Part shown: piece by piece, positions 9,448-19,642 of the stretch
How positions within the stretch are numbered: the first letter of the stretch is position 1
How the letters are laid out: each line of letters starts with the position of its first letter
IMG/VR virus record: IMGVR_UViG_3300009128_000008
Location: 20,696 to 84,695 of that record
Strand: one strand, 5' to 3'
Source: a virus
DNA: 64,000 nt
Notes under the pieces: generated by a model
What the model saw: only the letters and a program-made list of their open reading frames with translations
The model's database searches: none
Told to the model about the DNA's origin: nothing
Translations under genes and position numbers: made by a program

Positions 9448-9620
9448 TTTTTATCCTTTTGAGCACGATTAGTTGGTGTGCTCCTATTAAAGTCTTACAT
9501 CTTTCGGTCTTACTTACAATAATAGTCATTGGACAATTATTCACATTTATATATATTTATTAGTATAATGATCTAAAAAATCTACTTTTATTTTTTTTTT
9601 ATTTATCGAATTTTCGATAT

Positions 9621-10247
9621 CTATATCGAATTAGCGATAATTTGTAATTTTTCTTTCCTGGAAGCTTCTTTTTTACTAGATTTATATTTGGCGATCAGGC
9701 TTAGAGCGCTTTCCAAATCACCAGGGTTTGTTAAGAATTTTTTGCTAGAACTGATAATGGCGCCGGACATTTTGCCACTTACCTCACTAACTAGAATAGA
9801 TTCGACAGCCTTGGCAGCGCTATATAATTGCGGGTTCATCTTGCCGTCTATAGGACCACCATATGGAGCGCCAATAAGAGGATGAGAAGCGCCTAAAAAA
9901 GATTGCCAAGATTTAATTAAATTAGACGCGCTTGTGTCTTTTTTCTCATCTTTTTTCTTTTTATCGTCTGTTTCCTCGGGCTTCTCATCAACATCTGGTT
10001 TTTCTTCCGCCTCAAGCTCCTCCACCTTCTTTTTTACTTCATCAAGTTTCTTCTTTCTTTCTGGTGGTAGGATATATCTCAAATATGAAAAACTTTCCTC
10101 ATCATCTAGCGATTGTAAATCAAGCGGACTTGTGCTGGCTATAAAAGGCTCACGAGGACGAGAAAAATTCCTCTCGTCCGACATAACTACCGGCTTAAAA
10201 TAGGATCCATACTCCCAGCTGGATGGCATGTCTATTAATCCGCTCAT
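9621..10247 (-). CDS. Hypothetical head-module protein with a peptidoglycan-binding-like segment
   Basis: IKSWQSFLG..YGGPIDGKMNPQL resembles the PG_binding_1 Q..L...DG pattern. Confidence 0.45.
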   Translation of the reverse strand: MSGLIDMPSSWEYGSYFKPVVMSDERNFSRPREPFIASTSPLDLQSLDDEESFSYLRYILPPERKKKLDEVKKKVEELEAEEKPDVDEKPEETDDKKKKDEKKDTSASNLIKSWQSFLGASHPLIGAPYGGPIDGKMNPQLYSAAKAVESILVSEVSGKMSGAIISSSKKFLTNPGDLESALSLIAKYKSSKKEASRKEKLQIIANSI

Positions 10248-10259
10248 GTATTTGATTAC

Positions 10260-11465
10260 CTATACATACCGAAGATATGTGCGCTCTTTCTTTTTCTTTC
10301 CTTCTGTTGGGAAGCGCACATAAACTCCCTCTTCTTTTTCTTTAGTAACTTTTGGCGTCTTGCCCTCTAATGCGCTTTCTTGCCTCTTTAATACTTTATA
10401 CGAGGCTTTAATATCGGTCATCACATCTTCTTCATTGTTAAAATACTTAATCAACTCCTCGTGACTACTAATTTGCTTGGAATTTTCAGCTATAGCCTCA
10501 TTTAATGCCTCAAGAGCGTCTGTCACGTCTTCAACATCACTCTGTACAATAAACTCTTTAACTTTACGAAGCATCCTGTATATAGAGGTTTCCTTCGATC
10601 TATATTGTGTTTCCCTGAGCTGTATTAATTTAATAAATTTTGGAATAATCCTGCTAACATGCCGCGCTAATTTCTTATACGCCCTAAGCATTTTTACAGC
10701 ATCTTGTTTGTATAATACCCTTGCCTGTATTGCAGCATTACGAACATCCGCCGAAGTAACCCCCTCATCATCATCAACCTCGGGACCAGATCGAATCTTA
10801 ATGGACTTTACAGCTTCTGCAGCATCACGTAGCCTTGTTATACTGTTAACTAGCGGACGAAGATCGGGTTCCATTTGAGGATAATCATCAACCAACATAT
10901 CTGAGATTTCTTCTAGAGCAATTATGGCATTTTGTTCAACGCCTTGTACCAATGTTGTGTTAGAGAAAAGCTTTGTAAGACCTCCAACAGCAAACACAAC
11001 ACCAGCAACAATTCCCGCTATTGCTAATGGTGGCAAAGCTTCTTTAACCAATCTGCCAGAACAAGAATCAGCCAATGTCATTAAGTTTTCATTCTTGGTG
11101 CGATCTAGCATAAATGCACCCTTAACAAGTTCATCTACTAATTCTTTTTGCGCTTTTACATATCTGTGTTGAGTAAGCTTTCCATCATTAGGCTTTAAAG
11201 CAATATATGCCATCATGTCATGACGCTCTTTTAAATTCTCCACTAATGCATTGAAGCGATCATATGACGGAGCTACTACTACGGGTTCTGGATGAGCTTT
11301 GTCCAATATATCATCATCCTTTCCGTTTGGTTGTACACCATAAAGAGCTTCCACGGCAGAAAGATCCCGAGATTCATAACTGGGATTTGTTTCCTCTGCA
11401 GCTTCCTTTACTAATCCCTTCTCCTTAGCAATCTTGGTATATTCATCAAAAATTTCGCTATTCAT
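10260..11465 (-). CDS. Probable internal head/ejection protein with a hydrophobic segment
   Basis: Contains the AHP module and LVKEA twice; the second is followed by LPPLAIAGIVAGVVFAVGGL. Confidence 0.55.
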   Translation of the reverse strand: MNSEIFDEYTKIAKEKGLVKEAAEETNPSYESRDLSAVEALYGVQPNGKDDDILDKAHPEPVVVAPSYDRFNALVENLKERHDMMAYIALKPNDGKLTQHRYVKAQKELVDELVKGAFMLDRTKNENLMTLADSCSGRLVKEALPPLAIAGIVAGVVFAVGGLTKLFSNTTLVQGVEQNAIIALEEISDMLVDDYPQMEPDLRPLVNSITRLRDAAEAVKSIKIRSGPEVDDDEGVTSADVRNAAIQARVLYKQDAVKMLRAYKKLARHVSRIIPKFIKLIQLRETQYRSKETSIYRMLRKVKEFIVQSDVEDVTDALEALNEAIAENSKQISSHEELIKYFNNEEDVMTDIKASYKVLKRQESALEGKTPKVTKEKEEGVYVRFPTEGKKKKERTYLRYV

Positions 11466-12690
11466 TTTTACCCTCTGCAGATTTTTTATTCCTTATGGCT
11501 CTGCGTGCCGGTCCAGAAAACTTATCTACTATTTTTCTTATTCTTGTCTTTGGCGCATCAGCTGGACGATAATGTTTCGGTGGAATTACCAGTCTATTCG
11601 GCATTGCACTAGAATAATTCCTTTCGAAATCCCTAACTACACGCCGAAATGATGGGGACGACATTATAATATCATCATATCCCACCAAATCACGATATAT
11701 ATCTGTCGCCCAAACTAGCAACATATTCTCTACTGAGCCGCCCACTAATGGAACAACCCAATAACTACCACTAGAAACTGTCCCAGGTGCCGCCTTAGGA
11801 GTTGTTGTGGTCCTCCTTGTGGGTGTCCTTGCAGTTGCTGGAGCGGTATATGAAGCCGGCACAATAGTTTCTGTCGTTTCTCGTCTTGCGCTAGGTGTCT
11901 CCGGTTGCTCCTTTTTCCCTTTATCGCGGCCCATCAACCCTCTTAAAGCGCCTGCGCCAGCTATTAACCCGGCACCAATTAAAGCAGTTTTAAGAGTCCA
12001 TAATAACAGTCCGCCTCCAAACCACTTTAACAGACTGGCACCACGTGGTCTTTTAAATAAATTGCCAAATATTCGACCAATTACACCAACGTTTCCACCA
12101 AATCCCTTTCTCTTCGGAAATAAACCGGGAATATCTGGTGTTTGTTTGCGGCGACCAAAAAGAGCAAAAGACACTAATGGTGATGGATCGTCCAAGCTAT
12201 CTAACGAATCCTCGTCACAATATTTTCGCAGACCATAAAACATATCATTGCAAGCGGAACTACTTAATGCGCCAGCCTCAGATTGAATTACAGACTGCCC
12301 AATTGAAGATACCTCGGCGCTACTAATAGGTTTGCCACTTTCAATTTTGGGCTTTAACTTATCAACCATTTTGCCCAACAGCGCACCAAGATTAAACCCA
12401 AAAATCGAATCTAATAGCAATGAAACAATACCTAAAACAGGATTTATTCTAAATAATACAGTGGGAACTAGAAAATTAAGTACAGTCCCAGCAGTTCCAC
12501 CGCCACTTTCACCAACCTTTTCAGCAAAATGATTCTTAATAGACGATGCTATCCCGCCTAATCCTAGTTCACCGAAAATACCAGCACCTTTAATGATCTC
12601 GGCATCAGCTCTGGCCAATTTCTCAACCAAAATGGTATCTGCAATATACTGTAAATCATCTTTTCTTTGTATATTATTCATAGTATACAA
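11458..12690 (-). CDS. Probable internal head/ejection protein with membrane-like segments
   Basis: IIKGA-GIFGELGLGG; hydrophobic stretches VLNFLVPTVLFRINPVLGIVSLLL and WFGGGLLLWTLKTALIGAGLIAGAGAL. Confidence 0.55.
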   Translation of the reverse strand: MYTMNNIQRKDDLQYIADTILVEKLARADAEIIKGAGIFGELGLGGIASSIKNHFAEKVGESGGGTAGTVLNFLVPTVLFRINPVLGIVSLLLDSIFGFNLGALLGKMVDKLKPKIESGKPISSAEVSSIGQSVIQSEAGALSSSACNDMFYGLRKYCDEDSLDSLDDPSPLVSFALFGRRKQTPDIPGLFPKRKGFGGNVGVIGRIFGNLFKRPRGASLLKWFGGGLLLWTLKTALIGAGLIAGAGALRGLMGRDKGKKEQPETPSARRETTETIVPASYTAPATARTPTRRTTTTPKAAPGTVSSGSYWVVPLVGGSVENMLLVWATDIYRDLVGYDDIIMSSPSFRRVVRDFERNYSSAMPNRLVIPPKHYRPADAPKTRIRKIVDKFSGPARRAIRNKKSAEGKNE

Positions 12691-12699
12691 ATGCCTTAG

Positions 12700-15600
12700 T
12701 TATCTTCCGCCGCCTTTTTGATATATATCAGTTTTTACTTCCTGATACCTTTGCGCAATCATATCCAACCATTCGTTATAATACCAATACACACCAGGTT
12801 TTCCACCTTCGCCTTGTAGAATTCTCTTGCGTAAAGATCTTGGTACCATTCGTTCAAATTCAGTTTTAATTCTACGCAACTCTTCATACAATAAATCACA
12901 GAACTTCAAAAACTGGGCTGACGCAGTTTGTCCAGACCAATCTTGAGCCATCGCCTCCACCTCTCTAATGTTGCGAAGTAGTACCGGTCGTTTTAATTTT
13001 TTGCCCTTCTTTTCTGTGGCTACATAATAATCACCACCAGGACCACGCTCAACCTCCAATTTATACCCTAACTCTCGCGCTGCTCGTTCGCGCGCCCTAG
13101 GAGTAGCCCTTGCCCTTCCAATAATTTTTGAAACTAACTGTGGTCCCTCAGCGCCTACCCAGTCACCTAATGACAATATTGTCCTCTGATTTGTAGGAAT
13201 GCGTGGCCACCATTCAGTATCATTTAGATCTAATGTTTTCCAAATAGGAGATCTGTTTGGATCAAAATCGGGTCCTATACGTACATCACGCCCAACAATA
13301 TCTCGGCCGCCTACTCCTCGGTCTCTGCCAGTTCCACGGCCGGCGGGTACCCTGGCTCCACCAGGTCTTCCGGCGCCTCCAGGGCCAACTCCAGCTCCAG
13401 GAGCGGGTCGGGCAGAAATTATTAATATAACACTATTTCTCTGATCTGCCTTTGGGGCTTGCTCCGCCACAACGGTCGTCAGCTCGCCAAATAAAGCTGG
13501 AATCATCCCAGAAAGTATGCGAGCATTTTTTTGATATGTTGCCGCATCAACCTTATCCGCTCCACCTGGCAACAGACTCTTAACCGTCTCTATAAAAGAT
13601 TCTAATCTAGTTGGCTCTGCCATATACGCTGCTTCGAGCTGTTTATTCAAAAGGGCCAGAGCAAACATCCACTGATTAGATGTCAGACCAACCCCGGTAG
13701 GAGCAACATATGGCTCATCCTTCATATAAAGCCACTGACCATATGCATATACAAATCTGAATCCTTGAGGCTTCGCTGGCCATATGCTAGTGCGAGTGAC
13801 TGGGTTAATTCCTTTACGCTTCTCCTCTGGAGATTGTTCCAAACCCGGCTCGGCCCGCTGCTGCTCCTTAGTAATAGGAGTACGCGTTTCCCTCTTTCCA
13901 GCTTCATCACCATATTGGCGAATTACCCTTGTAACCAATCTTTCCTCATCCAGCTTATGGGCGGCCATCCAGCGCTTTACAATTCCGTGCTTCTCTAAAT
14001 ATAATTGCAGCGCAGATAAAGAAGCCAGATCTTGATTCGTAATTTTAACGTTAGGAGGTCCTTGAAGTTTAGACAGATCAACAACAACAGATATCAGCTG
14101 TGTTTTCCCTACATACTTCTTGCTCACAGCATAATTGACCGACTTATCCATAGCCTCTACAATCTTTTTGTTTGTAGGCGCGTACATCTTGGCAGATCTT
14201 ACATCATGTAAATACCCGCGGCCAGCAGGGCCGGGAGTAATAGTGCCTGATATTGTTGATGCTTTTGCCGCTGTTAATACATCATTCCATTTGCGCCTAA
14301 AAGACTCTATTTGCTCTAGTGCAAATGCTGTTTTCTTTCCCCACTTACCATCTGCTGGGCTTGTGCTTCTTGGCCCGGATGTTCCCATCTGAGACACAGC
14401 GGAAAACACACGATCTATCTCTGGTTTAGTAATTTTAACTTGCGCCAACACTCTCTGAGTATCGCCTTTGTTCAATGTATCTTTAAGTTTAAGCATGGAA
14501 GTTTGCATTTCCATTACCTTGTTAACTATAGGGATCTGAGCGGCACTAGGAGTTTTACCACTGGGTCCGCGAGGCCTAGGAGAGCCTGATGGAGGGGCAT
14601 CAAGAGGAGCTGGTACTGGTGGAACAGGATTTGCCTGCTTAACAATATCATCTAAAGCTGAATTAGCTCTGCGACGACGTGTTGGTGGTTTTGTTCCCTC
14701 ATTCCACTGTTTGGACCACGACAACACATCTTCTTGACTCATGCCGGCAAACTCAGGCCCCAAAGCGGAGATTGTATCAAAAAATTTCTTACTCTGATTT
14801 CCAGCTTTCACGGCAGCCATATAATTTATAGTTGCTTTATAATTAGTTAGTGTTGTTTCATAGTTTTTGGTACCTTCTTCATATCTGTCCAACAATCCTC
14901 TTAACCTAACTGCCGCCGAACTTAAATTATTATAAGTTTCGCGTGATATATCTATATAATAAGGCTTATCTGATGCCAAGTGTATATATGGTGTAAACTT
15001 TCTTATGGCAGCCGTAATCTTTGTAATTGCTTGCGCTATCATAGGGCCATATTTTACATAGCCCCACTCAAACCCCAAAAACTTTGCCAATCGATCAATC
15101 CGCCTTGTCCACCTTCCACCAACTTTAAACGTTGTTTCAAGTTTCTTTTTAACAGCCTGCAATAATGAAATCACAGCAGCAACAGATGCAGCAAATTCCT
15201 TCTTACCACTAGTGTTTATTTCTGGCGATTCAGAAATGGGGCCCATAGCGCTTGTAAACTTGGCGGCAATCTTTTTTAACTTGGCACTTGTCTTTTCATT
15301 TAATTCCTCACACGGCTTCCAAAATTTAGCATTAAACTCAGCAACCAAATAGTTGTAAATAGCAAGTGCAGCCGCATTTACTTGTTTTGTGTCAAGTCTA
15401 AACCAGGAATATAAATTATCCTCAGATTTTTCAGCGTCTCCTGGTAAAGGCGCCCAAACAGATTGGGCGTTATCTGCCCAAATATCATGGGCAGTATTTG
15501 GCGGAGAAACTAACGACCACGAAACATCGCCCTTCTGTCGAATTTTTAGAATGCTGGGCCCTAATACATCGCCGGGACCCCATTTGGTACCCCTCTTCTT

Positions 15601-16494
15601 TCCTGAACCAGGTTGAGATCCCCAAAAGAATTTAGATTGGCCAGTTTCATTTCCTATTGCAGCTAAGTGTTCGTAATTTCCTTTTAATTTATTAGCAATG
15701 CGCCGCGGACCTTGAGAAGGATGAAAGTCTCCTACAATATACTTATTATAAAGCGCCACATATTTGTTTAAATCTTCAGGAGACTGGCCGGTAGCTTTTG
15801 CAAAACTATCGCGCGCTTTTTGATCTTTCAATAAGGCTCTAGCATTCAATGTCCATATGGGCCAATTTAAACCTAAGGCGGAGAGAGCCCCAAAAACTAA
15901 GGGGCCAATCTCAGCATACGTATCTTCCAACTCGCCTGCAACAGAATCCATATCAACCGGTCCTGTTGGCATTTTTGGTGGTTCTTCTTTTTTAGGCTCC
16001 ACCGACATTTTCGGCTTGTCCGAAGGTAGGCGCCACTCTTTAGGCAGATTAGGGTAATCAGCAGTTTTCTCTAAATCCACGCCCAAAGCCACAGCGGCAG
16101 ATCGTATAGCATCATCAATTACCTCAGCATATTTACCAGTTGGTTTTTTATTTACAATGTCTAAAATCTTCTTATGAGCACTCTCTTCAGTCTCAACAAC
16201 ACCATATCCGCCCTGTGATGGAGCAACCTCAACATCACCATCAGGATGAGCGCTTTCTAACACATCCTCGCCATCTTCATCTATAGCGCGATACAAATGA
16301 GTTTCGGCCATTTTGAAAGTATGGATTTTGTCTTCAAGAGATTCAGCCTCTTTTTCAAAACCTTTCTCCCTCATTGCATTGGCCAAACGCACCATATCCG
16401 CAAACAAATCTTCAGTTGGCTCATACGATACACTATCTGATGCCTTTTTAACAACTTCCTTCAACTCTGCTTCTTTAATCATGTTTTTTTCCAT
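12700..16494 (-). CDS. Large (1264 aa) probable internal head/ejection protein
   Basis: N-terminal helical-hairpin and AHP modules, many KxA sites, Pro/Gly linkers and a DGKWGKKT peptidoglycan-binding-like motif. Confidence 0.6.
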   Translation of the reverse strand: MEKNMIKEAELKEVVKKASDSVSYEPTEDLFADMVRLANAMREKGFEKEAESLEDKIHTFKMAETHLYRAIDEDGEDVLESAHPDGDVEVAPSQGGYGVVETEESAHKKILDIVNKKPTGKYAEVIDDAIRSAAVALGVDLEKTADYPNLPKEWRLPSDKPKMSVEPKKEEPPKMPTGPVDMDSVAGELEDTYAEIGPLVFGALSALGLNWPIWTLNARALLKDQKARDSFAKATGQSPEDLNKYVALYNKYIVGDFHPSQGPRRIANKLKGNYEHLAAIGNETGQSKFFWGSQPGSGKKRGTKWGPGDVLGPSILKIRQKGDVSWSLVSPPNTAHDIWADNAQSVWAPLPGDAEKSEDNLYSWFRLDTKQVNAAALAIYNYLVAEFNAKFWKPCEELNEKTSAKLKKIAAKFTSAMGPISESPEINTSGKKEFAASVAAVISLLQAVKKKLETTFKVGGRWTRRIDRLAKFLGFEWGYVKYGPMIAQAITKITAAIRKFTPYIHLASDKPYYIDISRETYNNLSSAAVRLRGLLDRYEEGTKNYETTLTNYKATINYMAAVKAGNQSKKFFDTISALGPEFAGMSQEDVLSWSKQWNEGTKPPTRRRRANSALDDIVKQANPVPPVPAPLDAPPSGSPRPRGPSGKTPSAAQIPIVNKVMEMQTSMLKLKDTLNKGDTQRVLAQVKITKPEIDRVFSAVSQMGTSGPRSTSPADGKWGKKTAFALEQIESFRRKWNDVLTAAKASTISGTITPGPAGRGYLHDVRSAKMYAPTNKKIVEAMDKSVNYAVSKKYVGKTQLISVVVDLSKLQGPPNVKITNQDLASLSALQLYLEKHGIVKRWMAAHKLDEERLVTRVIRQYGDEAGKRETRTPITKEQQRAEPGLEQSPEEKRKGINPVTRTSIWPAKPQGFRFVYAYGQWLYMKDEPYVAPTGVGLTSNQWMFALALLNKQLEAAYMAEPTRLESFIETVKSLLPGGADKVDAATYQKNARILSGMIPALFGELTTVVAEQAPKADQRNSVILIISARPAPGAGVGPGGAGRPGGARVPAGRGTGRDRGVGGRDIVGRDVRIGPDFDPNRSPIWKTLDLNDTEWWPRIPTNQRTILSLGDWVGAEGPQLVSKIIGRARATPRARERAARELGYKLEVERGPGGDYYVATEKKGKKLKRPVLLRNIREVEAMAQDWSGQTASAQFLKFCDLLYEELRRIKTEFERMVPRSLRKRILQGEGGKPGVYWYYNEWLDMIAQRYQEVKTDIYQKGGGR

Positions 16495-16538
16495 TGCCGT
16501 TTTTTAAAGCTTTGGGTTGCTATTTATTGCTATTATGA

Positions 16539-16841
16539 TTATTCCTGATCCTCGTCCAGATCAAGTAACATCACGCCATCCACAAAAATAGGATTAACCT
16601 TCTCCCTATAACTAGTATCTGTGGCAAACTTCTCTTGCAAAGCCTTAAAAGCCACTCTCAATTTTGGATCACTCTTCACACGCCGTTCAAACTCATCCAA
16701 ATCACCCAATACATCATTAATATTCGGGGCTTCTGCTTTCTTCTGCTGCTTCTCTAGAGCCTCTCTTTTTAGCTCATTTTTAACATACTCCCTAAAGATT
16801 TCGGATGACATTGCTGCAGTCCAATCCATAATATTCTCCAT
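16539..16841 (-). CDS. Hypothetical head-module protein
   Basis: SSEIFREYVK resembles NSEIFDEYTK at the N-terminus of 10260-11465. Confidence 0.6.
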   Translation of the reverse strand: MENIMDWTAAMSSEIFREYVKNELKREALEKQQKKAEAPNINDVLGDLDEFERRVKSDPKLRVAFKALQEKFATDTSYREKVNPIFVDGVMLLDLDEDQE

Positions 16842-16957
16842 AATCTACATACAGGTATACTGGTCTATAATAATATTAAGTTATGCGCTCATTATTTATA
16901 AATGCGCGCTTTATTTAGAGAAAAACTAGCCTATTCCCTTATTATCTACATGCTGAT

Positions 16958-17650
16958 TTATAGCCACAAACACTCTATGCTGGAATGAACACTACTAGGC
17001 GGAGCCGTTACAAGAGCGATAGCTGGATAGTCCGTGCTGATCTGTCTTGTAGTTAATAGGCCGCTCTCATTCACAAAAAGAGGAGCATTTAATGGATATC
17101 TTTGGTTGCTTTCAAATTGGTCCGTTTGAAAAATCATCCTCATAAACCACACTGTCATTCTAGAACTAGCTAATGTAGAATCATCGCCAGGAACATTTGG
17201 AACCTGATAAGTATAATTAACTACTGTTCTTATGGCGTCCATAGTAGAGCCACCTGTTTGACTAAAATTTAGCTCCGTTCCAGCCAAAAATGTTACTACT
17301 CCATTTCGCGGTATAAGCTCAACATCTACCGGATTGGACATAAACGAAACCGCCATAACATTTGGATTTCTAAGCTCAACTTTAACGTCCACCGGAGTAA
17401 CCAATCTACCATGAGACATAACTCCTTGAGCCGGAGCTATAACCACCTCATCTATTGCGACCGATGAAAATGCATTCTTTTTAATATCATCAATTACACC
17501 AATTGGAGCAGATCCATCGCTAGTGCCACAAACTACCTGATTACCATGTAAGGTAAGCTGTGCAATCATTCCCGGTTCAAATTCTGCGCTGGGGTCTACT
17601 GGAAAGGAAAAAGGCAAGGCATTTCCAGCCTGTACAATCCTAAGTGTCAT
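16958..17650 (-). CDS. Second decoration/cement-like protein (paralog of 8773-9447)
   Basis: MTLRIVQAG vs MALRILQPG; SSRMTVW vs SGKVTLW; PLFVNESGLLT vs ALYATATGLLT. Confidence 0.55.
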   Translation of the reverse strand: MTLRIVQAGNALPFSFPVDPSAEFEPGMIAQLTLHGNQVVCGTSDGSAPIGVIDDIKKNAFSSVAIDEVVIAPAQGVMSHGRLVTPVDVKVELRNPNVMAVSFMSNPVDVELIPRNGVVTFLAGTELNFSQTGGSTMDAIRTVVNYTYQVPNVPGDDSTLASSRMTVWFMRMIFQTDQFESNQRYPLNAPLFVNESGLLTTRQISTDYPAIALVTAPPSSVHSSIECLWL

Positions 17651-17711
17651 CTTATCACCTCTTAAATATTTGGAGTTATTCTCTCATATATATAACAGAA
17701 TACAGCAAGAG

Positions 17712-17749
17712 AAAAAGAAAAAGCCGGCCATTAAAAAAATAGCCGGCTT
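17712..17749 (-). terminator. Intrinsic terminator
   Basis: AAGCCGGC..GCCGGCTT inverted repeat followed by a T-rich tract on the minus strand. Confidence 0.75.
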
Positions 17750-17768
17750 AAGCTAATATATTTATTAT

Positions 17769-18116
17769 TTACTCAATTTCTTCTTCTTGTGTAAACCTTT
17801 TGTCGTCTTCGTCATAAGTGTTATCTACATCATCTACATTAAATACCCAGCCTTTATTCTTTAAATTTTCAAGCATCTTTTCGCTGGTCAATCCCTCAGT
17901 AGCCGGGTCATCAAGCTTTTTAGAAACCATTAAAATTAACTGTGCTTCTTTTTTTAAGTTGTTCTCATTTAGTATATTAGCAGCTTTATTAAGATAAGAT
18001 AGTATTTTGTATTTAGTATTATTTTTACTATGAGCTTCTTTTTTATTTTGAAGCTTAATTAATTCGCTTTCAAGATCGGAAAGGAATTCATTTTCTGACT
18101 GCTTATTAAAAAACAT
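17769..18116 (-). CDS. Small acidic head-module protein (helical-hairpin motif family)
   Basis: YLNKAANILNENNLKKEAQLI. Confidence 0.65.
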   Translation of the reverse strand: MFFNKQSENEFLSDLESELIKLQNKKEAHSKNNTKYKILSYLNKAANILNENNLKKEAQLILMVSKKLDDPATEGLTSEKMLENLKNKGWVFNVDDVDNTYDEDDKRFTQEEEIE

Positions 18117-18388
18117 TATTTATCCATTTTCGAGGATAATATTTCCATTACATTTGTAATAGCTTCTGATGCCATACTCTTATTTTCTATCCGTCCTAAT
18201 AAATCAGCCGCCTTATTCAAATATTCCATGGCAAACAGAACGGCATAATGGTCCATTACTTCTTGTGGGACATTGGCTGGAGCATCTTCTTCCTCCAATC
18301 CAACCACTGATTCAGTTTCTGGTTCGTCCTCAGTCTGTCCTAAAATTTCAGCCATTTCTTTGGCTATATCATATTCTTCTTCCGGCAT
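18116..18388 (-). CDS. Small acidic head-module protein (helical-hairpin motif family)
   Basis: YLNKAADLLGRIENKSMASEAI; translationally coupled to its neighbours. Confidence 0.65.
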   Translation of the reverse strand: MPEEEYDIAKEMAEILGQTEDEPETESVVGLEEEDAPANVPQEVMDHYAVLFAMEYLNKAADLLGRIENKSMASEAITNVMEILSSKMDK

Positions 18389-19294
18389 TTATTTTTCATC
18401 CTCAAATGATGATTCTGTTGATGGTTGTGCTGATGATTTTGTCACAAATTTTTCTCTAAACTTTTCTAACCATTTTCGCGCTTCTTGTTGGGCGCGTTCT
18501 TTCTTAAATTCTTTTTCGAACTCGGCTTCTTCCTCTGCTTCAAGCTGTTCCTGGTATTCTTGTTCTTCTGCTTCTTCCGCTTCTTCTTGTTCCAACATCT
18601 GAGTGAGATCTTGAACCAATTTATCTAACTCCTCTTCTTCTGGATCAAATTCGCGCTCTATTTCTTCTGTAGTTTCCTCTACCTCAACATCAACATCAGG
18701 ATCATCGGGATCGTCACCCTCATAAGACTCAAATAAGCTACCCGGTTCATCTTCTGCTAAAAATTTATCTAATTCTCTTTCGGCATCTTGTGCTTCGCCA
18801 ATATCATAAACATCAACCATATACTCTGCTAAATCTTCAGTTGGCGTATCACCCTCCGGTTCAAAAGCATATTCTTCTGGTTTTACCCCGACTCCCCTAA
18901 GAAGATCTTCGAACTTGCTTTTCCTTTCGCCTCTTTCAACGCTTTTGAGCTGCTCCAATAATTCCTGCTCTGTTTCTTCCGGCATTATATCTGGCAAACC
19001 AGCCAATCCCGGGTCATCCTCAGCGGCCTCAGCCAACATACCTTGAACACCATTTAGCACCAACGCAGATGCCTTTTCTAAACCAATATTATCCAAATCT
19101 GAAGATACACTAATAAATAATTCGGCTAGCTTACTTACAGCAGCTGCAAATTTTTCCTCTACACTGCACTCATCTGGAACAAGGGGGTCCTCACTCTCTT
19201 CCGCTTTTTTATAAAACATCTGAGTATGTGAGTCACTAGCAATTATTTTGCTCATCTCAGAGGCAACTGCTTCACTAACGCTATATTTTGACAT
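18389..19294 (-). CDS. Very acidic head-module protein (helical-hairpin motif family)
   Basis: FISVSSDLDNIGLEKASALV followed by a Glu/Asp-rich tail. Confidence 0.65.
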   Translation of the reverse strand: MSKYSVSEAVASEMSKIIASDSHTQMFYKKAEESEDPLVPDECSVEEKFAAAVSKLAELFISVSSDLDNIGLEKASALVLNGVQGMLAEAAEDDPGLAGLPDIMPEETEQELLEQLKSVERGERKSKFEDLLRGVGVKPEEYAFEPEGDTPTEDLAEYMVDVYDIGEAQDAERELDKFLAEDEPGSLFESYEGDDPDDPDVDVEVEETTEEIEREFDPEEEELDKLVQDLTQMLEQEEAEEAEEQEYQEQLEAEEEAEFEKEFKKERAQQEARKWLEKFREKFVTKSSAQPSTESSFEDEK

Positions 19295-19302
19295 AATTAT
19301 CC

Positions 19303-19620
19303 CTATTCTTGCGCTTTGTCGCTCTCTGACACAACAATATCGGCTTTCTCTTCTTCCACAGGTCGCTCAATACTCATTATGTCTTTGGCGGCCAATAGTA
19401 CATTAGCAGCGCTCTTCGGCAGTCCTATGCTATCTAAAATTTCGGATGCCTCTATTAATTTAGTACAGGCATCCGTTAATATCTCTTCCTTAGTTTTCTC
19501 TTTGGCAGCGGCTTTCTTTACTTTGGGCTGTTCAAAAATTTTATTGTAATTCTCATCACTTAATATATCGATCATAGACTGGGCTAACATATCGCCCACA
19601 TTTTTATCGTTTGAACTCAT
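19303..19620 (-). CDS. Small head-module protein (helical-hairpin motif family)
   Basis: LIEASEILDSIGLPKSAANV. Confidence 0.65.
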   Translation of the reverse strand: MSSNDKNVGDMLAQSMIDILSDENYNKIFEQPKVKKAAAKEKTKEEILTDACTKLIEASEILDSIGLPKSAANVLLAAKDIMSIERPVEEEKADIVVSESDKAQE

Positions 19621-19642
19621 TGAATCCCCATTGATACGGCAA

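Noticed and set aside
16495-16538. Read-through or N-terminal extension of the 1264-aa gene (L*KTAMEKNMIKEA resembles YTKIAKEKGLVKEA)
   Set aside because: There is an in-frame TAA and no nearby upstream start; the similarity is too short to call a pseudogene or sequencing error.
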